Origin: Candidatus Heimdallarchaeota archaeon
Lineage (GTDB): Archaea > Asgardarchaeota > Heimdallarchaeia > Heimdallarchaeales > Heimdallarchaeaceae
Reading direction: 5' to 3'
DNA: 64,000 nucleotides
NCBI GenBank assembly: GCA_030668825.1
Contig: DAOVET010000004.1
Coordinates: forward strand, 296 to 64,295
Shown piece by piece: positions 36,807-46,146 of the stretch. Both the position numbers and the translations under genes were made by a program. Below the pieces are notes generated by a model. It was not told where the DNA came from. It worked only from the letters and a program-made list of their open reading frames with translations, and did not search any database. Within the stretch, counting starts at the first letter, position 1; every line of letters starts with the position of its first letter.

Positions 36807-37679
36807 TCATTCCTCCAGATCTTTCCCAATATTTTCTGTAAAATCTAAAGATGGCTGCTCTGCATCTGGATGGACGTCATCATTCCAATAAAGCTCATCA
36901 CAGAATTTAGCATGATGTAGAGTTTGAGTTCTTCGTAGGTGGATTGTTCTACCTTCATTAAATTCTGGAACATCTGCAATATAGCAGGAACTCAAGTAAG
37001 CGATATCTGGGTCATTGAATTCTTTCAGAGCTTCCGGTGTTAAGCAACTATCAAAACGGTAGATCACTTTATGATCATCAAATATACAAAATGCAAAATC
37101 TGCAAGACCCATTTTGCACCATATTTCTATTGAACTCTTATTGGAATCCAGAATCGTAACTGTTTTGGGATCTGTTGGTTTTTCTGTTTTATCTTTAGAC
37201 CTCATTTCTTTTATTAAATAAGGGACTATTTGTTTATAGATTCTTGTTCCTTCCTCTTTTCCGTAGGTATCAGCTAAAGCTTTTACCAGATAATATGAGG
37301 TTCTTTCGAGAGCCTTGATGCGATCGAAATGAAATAATTCTATTTCTCCTTGATCTGATGTATAGTTATTAGGTAACTTGATTGTCTTACATACGAAAAG
37401 AAAGACCGATTTCTCTAAGTCAGGGAAATTTGGTATCAATTCCAACCTTTCTCTAATTATTTTCCAATTAAAAGCATTATAATTATAATCATAATCACCT
37501 ACAGCTTCACTAAACTTTTCTTTCAATTTTGAAATATAGAAACTCAGATCTTCTGGTAGAATCAATCTGAAAAACTTTGTAACAGAATCTACTCGTTCAA
37601 GTCTAGCTTTTATAATATCTTCAGGCTTAGATTTTCCTTTCTTAGTTAAACTAAAACACTTATGGTTTTCAATTTGCAT
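36807..37679 (-). CDS. Hypothetical protein, tandem paralog B (Cys/His motif family)
   Basis: 290 aa, separated from paralog A by 3 nt. Conserved C/H positions suggest a metal site. Confidence 0.55.
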   Translation of the reverse strand: MQIENHKCFSLTKKGKSKPEDIIKARLERVDSVTKFFRLILPEDLSFYISKLKEKFSEAVGDYDYNYNAFNWKIIRERLELIPNFPDLEKSVFLFVCKTIKLPNNYTSDQGEIELFHFDRIKALERTSYYLVKALADTYGKEEGTRIYKQIVPYLIKEMRSKDKTEKPTDPKTVTILDSNKSSIEIWCKMGLADFAFCIFDDHKVIYRFDSCLTPEALKEFNDPDIAYLSSCYIADVPEFNEGRTIHLRRTQTLHHAKFCDELYWNDDVHPDAEQPSLDFTENIGKDLEE

Positions 37680-37826
37680 TAAATTACAACTCTTGTTTTT
37701 ATTAGAAGTTTATTTGTAAACATTCACTTTACTTTTTAGACCATTATTAATCTTTTGAGTTAATTTCTTTTTTTAAACTCCAATATTTTCTCTGTTTTTA
37801 TAGGAAATTCTAATTTCACATATGAG

Positions 37827-38027
37827 ATGAAAAGCGAATTATTTGTTAATCAATACGATGTCGCAAAATGCAGTGTTGATGGAGAGAATTGGTATGATAT
37901 TTCAGAGATAGCTGCTTTATGTTGTATTAACGACCACTATGCCACCAAGGATATAGATGCAGTTCTTCAGCATTACAATAAGGGGCACATTGTTCCTGTA
38001 GAATATGTTCTTTATAAGAAAGTGTGA
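37827..38027 (+). CDS. small hypothetical protein
   Basis: 66-aa ORF. No motif; position upstream of the amidohydrolase gene. Confidence 0.3.
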   Translation: MKSELFVNQYDVAKCSVDGENWYDISEIAALCCINDHYATKDIDAVLQHYNKGHIVPVEYVLYKKV

Positions 38028-38050
38028 CTTCACAGATTTCTAACTAGAAC

Positions 38051-38881
38051 TTGACATTAAGAGTAAAGATAGATTTAATTAAATGGATAATAAATTTATT
38101 ACTAATGGATGTCATTGATTCTCATTCCCACATCTCTTCAACACCAGACCATGTTTTAGAACTTTTGACTGAAATGAATCGGTTAGATATCTCAAAAGCT
38201 TGCATCAGTGGATTAGGGTCAATGTTTAACTCCGTATCTAATAAGGAAATACTTGAAATTGTTGAGAATTTCAAACCTCGTTTCATAGGTACGTATTTTG
38301 TCCGTCCAGGAGTTACCAATACTCTAGATATACAAGATGCATATGAACAAGGATTCAGAATGCTTAAAGCTATAATACCAAAAAAACCTTATAGTGATCA
38401 ATCATTTTATCCGCTTTGGGGTGCAGCTCAGAGATTAGGAATGCCTATCCTTTTTCATACTGGTCTAGTAACTGTTTCAGAATCCTCTCCCAAAGACATC
38501 ATTCTCTCTTTAGATATGCATCCTTTACAGATAGAACCAATTGCCAACTCCTTCCCTGATTTGAATATCATCTTAGCTCATTTTGGAGGGCATTGGAATA
38601 AAGATGCTGCAGAACTTGCTCGAATGCGTCATAATGTTTATGTTGATTTAACAGGTGATTCAGAGGGATGGAGATCTAAACTGGATGAAGAAGGCTTTGA
38701 GAAATATCTGTGGTGGAAAAACGCTTTTCAAAATGTCGTTTTTGGTACCCATGTTCATCCTGATCAAATAAATCAGGTACTCAAAGAAGATAAGGAAAGA
38801 TATTCAAAGCTTAACCTTGATCAACAAACAATAGAAATGATTTTCTCAGGTAACATTAAAGGAATGCTCAAGTTGCCTTAA
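38051..38881 (+). CDS. Amidohydrolase-2 family metal-dependent hydrolase (TIM barrel)
   Basis: 'MDVIDSHSHI' (HxH metal ligands at the first strand), 'LFHTG' and 'ILAHFGGHW' are typical of the amidohydrolase_2 / ACMSD-like family. The start is probably the internal 'MDVIDSH'. Confidence 0.72.
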   Translation: MTLRVKIDLIKWIINLLLMDVIDSHSHISSTPDHVLELLTEMNRLDISKACISGLGSMFNSVSNKEILEIVENFKPRFIGTYFVRPGVTNTLDIQDAYEQGFRMLKAIIPKKPYSDQSFYPLWGAAQRLGMPILFHTGLVTVSESSPKDIILSLDMHPLQIEPIANSFPDLNIILAHFGGHWNKDAAELARMRHNVYVDLTGDSEGWRSKLDEEGFEKYLWWKNAFQNVVFGTHVHPDQINQVLKEDKERYSKLNLDQQTIEMIFSGNIKGMLKLP

Positions 38882-38883
38882 AG

Positions 38884-39528
38884 TCATTCATCAAATTTGT
38901 ATCCTCTCTTTTTCCAAGCCTCATACATCTTAGGATTCTTTTTAAGAAATTCATCTCTGATTTCTTTGGGTACTCTGTTAAGGACACAAGAGAAATTGAT
39001 ACAATCTGTACAGACTTTCAGTTGAATTACTAGATACCATAAAACTACTCCAAAAACAGTTAGTCCTAGAAAAACCCACTTCCCCTCAATTGCTAGAAAC
39101 ACAATAGGTATTGCAAATATTATGTTGGCCCCTATCAAGAATTGTATTTTCTCCCACAAACTAGTAGGACCAGGTTTAAATTTAGCTGTTTTCAAGAAGC
39201 CATAATTAATTGAACAATGTAAAGTCCTTGATTCTCCCTCTGCGTAATATGGGCAATGAGCACAGAGCATAAGTGGTTCCCAAACCAAGAAAAAGAAGAT
39301 TATATAGCCCATCCAAACAAGGGAAGAGATCAGATTCAATGGATAACTCAGAAGTATAAGACCTATAAATGCTGGAATAAAACCAATAAAGAATGGAATT
39401 CCAAAAATAATTGCATATTTCTTATCAAGATGACAATGGAGTTTACCTTTTAGATTACAATCCTCACAGCTCTCTTTGTCTTCCCATATACAAATGCAAT
39501 GAGGATTGCTAGAACTCATCAAGCGCAA
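38884..39528 (-). CDS. Membrane protein with an N-terminal Cys cluster, hypothetical
   Basis: 'CICIWEDKESCEDCNLKGKLHCH' followed by ~5 TM helices and further Cys pairs ('CAHCPYY', 'CTDCINFSC'). Confidence 0.5.
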   Translation of the reverse strand: MRLMSSSNPHCICIWEDKESCEDCNLKGKLHCHLDKKYAIIFGIPFFIGFIPAFIGLILLSYPLNLISSLVWMGYIIFFFLVWEPLMLCAHCPYYAEGESRTLHCSINYGFLKTAKFKPGPTSLWEKIQFLIGANIIFAIPIVFLAIEGKWVFLGLTVFGVVLWYLVIQLKVCTDCINFSCVLNRVPKEIRDEFLKKNPKMYEAWKKRGYKFDE

Positions 39529-39620
39529 TTATGTTCTACAACTATAAACTTTCTGTAGTATTTTCATCAAGTTTCTTTACTCGATAAACAATGTTAAACA
39601 TCAAACTTCTTTGTAGTATT

Positions 39621-39653
39621 GTCACAACTTGTGACCATAACTTGTGGTCAACC
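39621..39653. promoter_or_regulatory. Palindromic candidate operator in a divergent promoter region
   Basis: Perfect 7-bp inverted repeat GTCACAA-c-TTGTGAC (39621-39635). It is followed by a second copy of 'aacttgtgg' and an overlapping TGACCA...TGGTCA inverted repeat. A direct repeat TGTAGTATT lies at 39553 and 39611. Confidence 0.3.
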
Positions 39654-39911
39654 TATTTTTAAAGGATAGATTATGTTAGGATAAGTGCAAAAAATGAAGA
39701 AAAACATGAAAAAAGCAGTAAAACTCGGAAAAACAATGAAAGAATTGAGAATTAGCAGTCTAGAAAAGATGGTTCTAGTCAATGGAACCTTACTCTAACT
39801 CATCTCACATCTCTTCTAATTTATCTACTTCTTCTATTATTAATTTCTATTACAAAACTCTTCTCCAAAATCATATGAAAAATTTAAAAGTCAGTCATTA
39901 ATATTAATGAC

Positions 39912-40445
39912 ATGGCATCTCGAAGAATGCATCTTTTTGCAGGAACACTCTTTTGGGGAATTTTCATAGGAATCTTCTATGCACTCGATTTCACAGGTTT
40001 CATAGATTTAGGATTATCAGGTAGTCTTACGAACTTGGAATTTCATTCACTCTGGATAGTAATCTCATTTATGGTCACACATTTTGGAGCACAACTCCCT
40101 GATTATGATCTTCTATGGGATAAAATACTCCCTCACAGAAATGTTGTAACTCATTCAGTATTCCTTCCATTGATAATTTGTATCCCTCTCTACGCTGTAA
40201 AACCTGAAACCACATTTTTAGTACCTATTTATGCTTTTTATTTAATCGGTCATGCTTCACATTTGTTCTTTGACCTTCGACCAAAAAGCTGGAAGGGTTC
40301 AGCATTAATTCATATTTTTTGGGTTAATGAAAATGGAAGAAAAACCTTGCCTCCCAAAGCTTCAAAACTTTTTCTTCTTATAAACGGAATAATAGTCCTT
40401 GCAGCTGGAATTGTACTTCTATACTTCTTCCAATTATGGGTATAG
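39912..40445 (+). CDS. DUF457/YdjM-like membrane-bound metal-dependent hydrolase
   Basis: Conserved His blocks 'VVTHSVFLPLI' and 'IGHASHLFFDL' in a 4-5 TM protein of ~175 aa. Confidence 0.6.
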   Translation: MASRRMHLFAGTLFWGIFIGIFYALDFTGFIDLGLSGSLTNLEFHSLWIVISFMVTHFGAQLPDYDLLWDKILPHRNVVTHSVFLPLIICIPLYAVKPETTFLVPIYAFYLIGHASHLFFDLRPKSWKGSALIHIFWVNENGRKTLPPKASKLFLLINGIIVLAAGIVLLYFFQLWV

Positions 40446-40461
40446 AGAGAGAAGACTCTCC

Positions 40462-41583
40462 CTATTTTTTATTTTTTATTTTCTCATAGTTGCTTTCTAA
40501 TGTTTTTAGGAAAGCTGAAGCAAGAGTTAGTAGTTTTTCAGGTTCCAAAACAGTCAATTTGATTTGATACAGACGATTTAGTCTATCTCTTGAATGAATA
40601 CACCATTCAACAGGTTCATTTAATTGGTCATTATATTCCATAGCAGTTTTTTCTATTGCTTTAACACCATCAGAGTGTCTATCGTCTGAATGAGTAGCCC
40701 AGTTTAGTGGGTATACATAATCTGTTTTAGCAATTCTTTCACCATACATAAAGAATTTAGAGATATCTTTATCTTTATGTTCCTCATATTCTGCAATTGC
40801 AATGTTGATTATCTCGTGCTCTCTTATTTTTCTAATAGGGATAACTGCTGTGGTTTCATTTGGTTGAATAATAGTAATATAGGTGACTGAAATGCTCTGT
40901 ACTACACCTTCAACATTCATTTCTGGTATGAAAATATAGTCTCCTACATTATGATGTTTAGAGAATACCATTGAGAGTCCAGATATTAAATCGCCTACTG
41001 ACCTTGCAGCAGCTATACCAAAAGCTGCACCCAGAGTTGCTGCAACACCTATGATCGACCCTGTGAAAGGTTCAAATTTGCTAATATATGCTACTATGAA
41101 GACTGGTAAAACTATTGATCGAATCAAAACATGTAAAGTATTGTGGATATCGGGTGATACACGCTTTTTAACCGCACGAAGAATCAGTTTTGCAATCCAC
41201 AAGATAACAAAAGCACTTACTAGATAAATGAATAAATCATCAATATATTCAGATAGAAAACCGTCAAATGTAGCCAACAGTGGTGCGTCTGCTTTCAATG
41301 TTCCATTAATGAAATACCAATCAAGATTTTGTTCCATTTTCGAATTATAAATATTTTCTACAAGATTGTCATCGTTAATCTTAGCAGTTAAGTATATGGT
41401 AAATATGGCAATAAATAATGCAAGTAGTATCACATAAAACACATACTTTCTTTTATTATTCTTAATGTGTTCTTTGAATTTCAAATAAATCACTATTAAA
41501 TCAATTTCGATGATAAATTTAAGCTTTATCCCAAAATATTGATTATTATCAAAATTAATCAAAAAAAGAAATATATCCCCCAA
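40462..41583 (-). CDS. Small-conductance mechanosensitive channel (MscS family)
   Basis: TM region followed by 'VGDYIFIPEMNVEGVVQSISVTYITIIQPNETTAVIPIRKI', matching the MscS beta-domain signature (GDxIxI...G.V..I....T.I......IPN). Confidence 0.72.
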   Translation of the reverse strand: MGDIFLFLINFDNNQYFGIKLKFIIEIDLIVIYLKFKEHIKNNKRKYVFYVILLALFIAIFTIYLTAKINDDNLVENIYNSKMEQNLDWYFINGTLKADAPLLATFDGFLSEYIDDLFIYLVSAFVILWIAKLILRAVKKRVSPDIHNTLHVLIRSIVLPVFIVAYISKFEPFTGSIIGVAATLGAAFGIAAARSVGDLISGLSMVFSKHHNVGDYIFIPEMNVEGVVQSISVTYITIIQPNETTAVIPIRKIREHEIINIAIAEYEEHKDKDISKFFMYGERIAKTDYVYPLNWATHSDDRHSDGVKAIEKTAMEYNDQLNEPVEWCIHSRDRLNRLYQIKLTVLEPEKLLTLASAFLKTLESNYEKIKNKK

Positions 41584-41595
41584 AACTTCTAAGTG

Positions 41596-42504
41596 TTAAG
41601 TTTTCTTTCTCTTAAACCAAGGAATGAGCATCGGTACTTTCTTTTTATATATCTTATATGTTGGATATTTCTTCAACATTTTCTTCTCAATTAGTGGAAT
41701 GCTAATTACTACAAATAGTAGAGTTACAACTAATGGTCCTACGATTGTCCACCAGTAGCTAAAATCCGCTGCAAGTGAAAAGAAATATATTCCCCACCAA
41801 AAGCCAACTTCTCCCAAATAGTTAGGATGTCTAGAAGTAGCCCACAAACCCCTAATAAGCAATTCTCCTTCCTTTTTCTTATCATTAAAAATCTTCAACT
41901 GCTCATCTGCTACTGCTTCTAAAATGATTGCTCCAATACAGATCATTAAACCTAACCAGAAGAAGATGTTCATGGTTTCTAGAGTTGGAGAAATTATAGC
42001 AGGATAGAGAGATAAACATCCAGCATACACCACTAATGTTGGCATAAGGTGTAATCCAGTCAAATTAATAAACCAGAAAAGTTTAGGATAATTTTTTCTA
42101 TAATTGGCATATCTCCAGTCTTCATGATGGAGTCCTTTCCAACCTCTAGCCCAATTATATGTTAGTCTTACTCCCCAAACTCCAACAACAACCATAATCC
42201 AGATATGGGTAGATCTGAAACCAATTACAGGAGCTATAGAGATAATCCAATAGAAAATTATGATAATAGGGATAACACTCCAATAAGGATCATATAAACT
42301 TGTATTTTTGAATATTGTACTAATTATGTAAATAACAAGAGTTGCTGCTACATCAGCAATCAGAGTTGCCAATAAAGGATGTACTAAGCCGTTTATTCCA
42401 AAAAGAACACCAACAGCTGCACCCAATGCAACAACATATGATATTATACATATTACGAATGAGGTTAAACGACTAAATTCGAGCTGAGAGGTACTCATAT
42501 TCAT
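41596..42504 (-). CDS. ICMT/DUF1295-clan integral membrane methyltransferase-like protein (isoprenylcysteine carboxyl methyltransferase-like)
   Basis: C-terminal 'LIRGLWATSRHPNYLGEVGFWWGIYFF...IEKKMLKKYPTYKIYKKKVPMLIPW' matches the 'RHPxYxGE...EExL...Y..Y...VP..IP' AdoMet-binding region of the ICMT / phospholipid methyltransferase / DUF1295 clan. ~8 TM helices. Confidence 0.7.
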   Translation of the reverse strand: MNMSTSQLEFSRLTSFVICIISYVVALGAAVGVLFGINGLVHPLLATLIADVAATLVIYIISTIFKNTSLYDPYWSVIPIIIIFYWIISIAPVIGFRSTHIWIMVVVGVWGVRLTYNWARGWKGLHHEDWRYANYRKNYPKLFWFINLTGLHLMPTLVVYAGCLSLYPAIISPTLETMNIFFWLGLMICIGAIILEAVADEQLKIFNDKKKEGELLIRGLWATSRHPNYLGEVGFWWGIYFFSLAADFSYWWTIVGPLVVTLLFVVISIPLIEKKMLKKYPTYKIYKKKVPMLIPWFKRKKT

Positions 42505-42602
42505 GGGTGATATTGGAACAAAATCACTTCATTAAATGCTTTTCTTCTTAGTAGATTGTAGAAATCAAGAATTAGTCTTCTCAATTGTTGATGATTAGTT
42601 TC

Positions 42603-43562
42603 TTAAACCATATCTATAGAAGGTTCTAATATAGCCTTCACATCTTCCGTTTTGTTAGGCCACTTTTTATAAACAAAATAGATAATTAAGCATCCAACAG
42701 CGCATGGAACTATTCCAATCCCTGAAGCAGTCATCATTAACAAGCGGATAATAATATCAGTCATTGTAGTTTCAGGGAAATAGAACACAAATGTTAGGAA
42801 AGTGATGAAAGCATCTATGAGATAATGGATTATGATAACTGAAATCAGACTCTTTGTCTTCGAGTACAGATAAGCCAAGAGTATACCTATTGCTGTAGCA
42901 TAAATTACCTGGAATAATGTAGAATACAAAAAACGGAGAATTAACTCTGTTTCATAACCCCATAAGAAGAATAAAGAAATCAGATTAATCAAATGGAACA
43001 AACCAAACATAACCCCATTAATGATGATTGTCTTTCTCTGGGAATATTTTTTCAACAATAAAGCAAAAACAACGCCTCGAAATGCCACTTCCTCCCAAAT
43101 ACCAGGGGTTAGAGCATAATAAATGTTTAAAGGTATTGTTTTTTCTACTAATAAACGTCCCCAAAAGATTTGGAAACCCCCTCTAGACTTTGCTTCCAAC
43201 CAACTTGTAAAGACAGCAAAACACAGGATAATCCCACCTATCAAGATGCCTAAACCTATTGTTTTGATAACAGGTTTAAACTTGTTAAGATTAATACTAT
43301 TAAGATATTCTTTGAAGGATCCCTTACTGTCAGGTAATTTTAGAAGAGGTACAATAACTAACCATAAAACTACCATAAGTGCGAAATTAATTAGCCAAAA
43401 GTTCACAATATTATTGACAAACCAGTTAGCAACATTTGAATTATTCATTGCTAGTATGTTTAGTACAATACCTGGAACCAACAAGAAAATAACATAAAGA
43501 ACTAATACTAGAGTTATTGACCACCAAGGTCTAATTGAAGCAGGTTTTTCTTCATTCATCAT
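42603..43562 (-). CDS. CPBP-family intramembrane glutamic metalloprotease (CAAX protease/Rce1-type, Abi domain), copy 1
   Basis: Motif 1 'GIWEEVAFRG', motif 2 'FGLFHL', motif 3 'IIHYLIDAF' (EExxxR, FxxxH, HxxxD); all are intact. Confidence 0.8.
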   Translation of the reverse strand: MMNEEKPASIRPWWSITLVLVLYVIFLLVPGIVLNILAMNNSNVANWFVNNIVNFWLINFALMVVLWLVIVPLLKLPDSKGSFKEYLNSINLNKFKPVIKTIGLGILIGGIILCFAVFTSWLEAKSRGGFQIFWGRLLVEKTIPLNIYYALTPGIWEEVAFRGVVFALLLKKYSQRKTIIINGVMFGLFHLINLISLFFLWGYETELILRFLYSTLFQVIYATAIGILLAYLYSKTKSLISVIIIHYLIDAFITFLTFVFYFPETTMTDIIIRLLMMTASGIGIVPCAVGCLIIYFVYKKWPNKTEDVKAILEPSIDMV

Positions 43563-43577
43563 TTTTTCACCTTTAAT

Positions 43578-44555
43578 TCACATCTCATTAACAACTATTT
43601 TAGCAATTTCTGGTTTAACCAATGTAGCTTCTTTAGGTATCAGTTTATAGACTCCCCAAATGAGTAAAGAGTTTAGTATTGCTGGAAGAACCCCAATCCC
43701 TATTAGTGCATGAGTTGTGAGAAAAGTGTAGAAATTAGGTACTGACCCAGGAAGGAACATTATAACGAACGCATCTATCAAGTAATGACAGATTATACCT
43801 GGAAGCAAGCTATTGGTCTTTACACACATATATGCAATGAATATACCTAAAGCACTGGCAAATAAGACTTGAAATAACACAGGAACAACGGTTTCTAAAG
43901 TATACACTCCAAGTACCAACATATTGACTAAGTGAAAGAATCCAAATACCAACCCATCAATAATTATAGCTCTAGTTCTCGAGTAGACTTTCAAGAGCAA
44001 AACAAGAATTACACCTCTAAAAGCAACTTCTTCCCAAAAACCAGGGATGAGTGAATAATAAAAAAGATAACCAGATTCTTGAAAATATTGTTTGGCATTG
44101 ACTGTGAAATCACCACCGTTGATAGTTGCTATTGTAGAAGAAAGAGAGATACAGCCTATTGTAATAGCAGCCGTCATAAGCCCTAGACTAATGGTAAGAA
44201 ATATTGGTTTAGCTTTATTAAGTTTAATAACTCTGAAAAAATGCTTTAAAGATTTGGACTTCTGTGGCAATTTAAAAACTAATGGAACAAGAAGAAACCA
44301 GAACAATCCAAGTAAAGTAAAAATAACAAGAAAAATAGCCACAACTGGGGCTTCTAGAACTGCCATAATAAGATTACCTCCTACTAGAATCGCAGCATAT
44401 ATAATTAGTATTAGTAAGATCATAATCCATATATTACTTTTTAATGGTGGTTTAATTGCTGTTTGTGTAATATGGGGTGCATCTGGTTCAAAGATGCTTT
44501 GTGCTTCAACTACTTCTTCTGGCTTAGCTGATTCATTTTGTTCCATAAATCCCAC
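43578..44555 (-). CDS. CPBP-family intramembrane metalloprotease, copy 2 (tandem paralog)
   Basis: 'PGFWEEVAFRG', 'FGFFHLVN', 'CHYLIDAF'; same three motifs. 15-nt spacing from copy 1. Confidence 0.8.
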   Translation of the reverse strand: MGFMEQNESAKPEEVVEAQSIFEPDAPHITQTAIKPPLKSNIWIMILLILIIYAAILVGGNLIMAVLEAPVVAIFLVIFTLLGLFWFLLVPLVFKLPQKSKSLKHFFRVIKLNKAKPIFLTISLGLMTAAITIGCISLSSTIATINGGDFTVNAKQYFQESGYLFYYSLIPGFWEEVAFRGVILVLLLKVYSRTRAIIIDGLVFGFFHLVNMLVLGVYTLETVVPVLFQVLFASALGIFIAYMCVKTNSLLPGIICHYLIDAFVIMFLPGSVPNFYTFLTTHALIGIGVLPAILNSLLIWGVYKLIPKEATLVKPEIAKIVVNEM

Positions 44556-44715
44556 TCCTGTTTTTCTCTAAGTATATTTTCATCTAACTACAGCAAACAT
44601 CAAATTAAACTTATCGTTCAAAAACGAGAAATCCAAAATAGAAATCTGTTCATGTCAACAAAGAGAAGTATTTAAAAGAAATAGTAAAAAAATTACATCG
44701 ATACTTGAAAATGCT

Positions 44716-44940
44716 GTGTCCACAGGGACTGGAAAAGAGAAAAGGAAATACATAGAGATTGTTATTAAACAATATAGACCTCTTGTATTTGGATTATTAT
44801 CTACATTGTGTCTCGTTCTGGCTTCCTTAGAAATAGTAGCAGTAATCTTTTTTGTATTTTCATTAGCTTTTCTCATGGTTACAATAATCTCTATTCTAAC
44901 AGCTCAAAAGAGAAGTACTAGAAAGCTTAGATTAATATGA
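44716..44940 (+). CDS. small two-TM hypothetical protein
   Basis: 74 aa with a GTG start and two hydrophobic helices ('LVFGLLSTLCLVLASL', 'VIFFVFSLAFLMVTIISIL'). Sits in an otherwise ORF-poor 670-nt gap. The antisense ORF 44655-44876 is an alternative. Confidence 0.3.
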   Translation: MSTGTGKEKRKYIEIVIKQYRPLVFGLLSTLCLVLASLEIVAVIFFVFSLAFLMVTIISILTAQKRSTRKLRLI

Positions 44941-45059
44941 ATGTCTTTAAAGAAGAATTGTTCGAAAACTCTTTTCCTTGCTGAAAAAACAAACGTTTTT
45001 ATGTTAGAATCCGACAAAGTTAAGCTTGAAAAATGAATTAAGGTATATTGGTTGATTTA

Positions 45060-45208
45060 ATGAAGTGCTCTAAATGTGGTAAATTTCTGGATGCTATAAG
45101 TTTCCAAAAGTAAAACTGCAAGAGCTGTAACTTACTCTATTACTATTTGATACCTAATCAAAGTCCAAAAATATATAAAATGAGTTCTGAAGAATTAGCG
45201 TCAGGATA
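45060..45208 (+). pseudogene. Small zinc-ribbon ORF interrupted by an in-frame TAA
   Basis: 'MKCSKCGKFLDAISFQK' [TAA at 45111-45113] 'NCKSCNLLYYYLIPNQSPKIYKMSSEELASG'. The C-x2-C ... C-x2-C spacing (13 aa including the stop) is that of a 4-Cys zinc ribbon split by a stop codon in the same frame. Confidence 0.3.
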
Positions 45209-45224
45209 AGAAATAGTAAAAAGG

Positions 45225-45668
45225 TTATTTTTCCTCAAGTTCTGATACATCTGCTCCCGTTTGTTTTAAATGGTGTACATCATGCGACCAGAGAGAAAAG
45301 AAACCTACAAAATCTTTGTTGTTTTGAGGATATTTAGTTAAGATTTCATCATACACTGAAATCATTTGTTTTCGTATTTCTAGAAATTGTTTTTCAGCTG
45401 TAGAATCATCTAAACCCTCATTTTCATCAAAAAATCGTTGATTATATTCATCAAGCCCTTCTTCTAAAACTATATGAAATGGTTTTCCTTGACGCAAATC
45501 TTTAGCATACACTATAAATTCTTTATCCCAGCTAAACAAGTGGATGTGTAATTTCCTTTTATCCCAACCATTAGTTAGAATCGTGCCAGCTGGAATATCT
45601 TTAACCATCTGGGTGGTTGTTTTTAGTTTTTCTAGCCAAGATTCAGCTTGTTTAAGAAATTCGGTCAT
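45225..45668 (-). CDS. hypothetical protein
   Basis: 147 aa; C-terminal 'WSHDVHHL' His cluster. No confident family. Confidence 0.45.
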   Translation of the reverse strand: MTEFLKQAESWLEKLKTTTQMVKDIPAGTILTNGWDKRKLHIHLFSWDKEFIVYAKDLRQGKPFHIVLEEGLDEYNQRFFDENEGLDDSTAEKQFLEIRKQMISVYDEILTKYPQNNKDFVGFFSLWSHDVHHLKQTGADVSELEEK

Positions 45669-45744
45669 ATGCTTACTTTACTAGATACTTTATATTTTTT
45701 TGCAAAATGTATAACTGTGGTTTTACTTCAGTTTTTATATCAAT

Positions 45745-46146
45745 TTGAATATAATAATAATAGGAGAAGTTGTTATGTCAAATAGACTAACTCATGTCGC
45801 TGTAGGTTTCATTTTCAGTGTCCCTCTAGTGGGTATATCATATTATTTCTTTTCCAATGATTTTCAATATCTACGCTTAGTATTAATTCTATCCATTTCC
45901 ACCTTACCTATATTCATCGGTTCCATCCTTCCCGATATCATTGAACGACCTACTAATCCAGGTCATAGAAAATTTTTCCATTCTTGGTTTATGTTGTCTG
46001 TCTTCTTTATAGCATCCTTTGTCATAGCTTTTGTTGTTATTCCACGATATGATAACTTACTCTATGTTTATTTGATCTTCGGATTTCTTTTGGGATATTT
46101 CAGTCATCTACTTCTAGATGCAACTACCAAAAGCAGCTTACAATAA
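45745..46146 (+). CDS. DUF457/YdjM-like membrane hydrolase (second copy)
   Basis: 'PGHRKFFHSWFML' and 'GYFSHLLLDATT' His blocks in a 133-aa 4-TM protein. Paralogous to 39912-40445. Confidence 0.55.
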   Translation: MNIIIIGEVVMSNRLTHVAVGFIFSVPLVGISYYFFSNDFQYLRLVLILSISTLPIFIGSILPDIIERPTNPGHRKFFHSWFMLSVFFIASFVIAFVVIPRYDNLLYVYLIFGFLLGYFSHLLLDATTKSSLQ

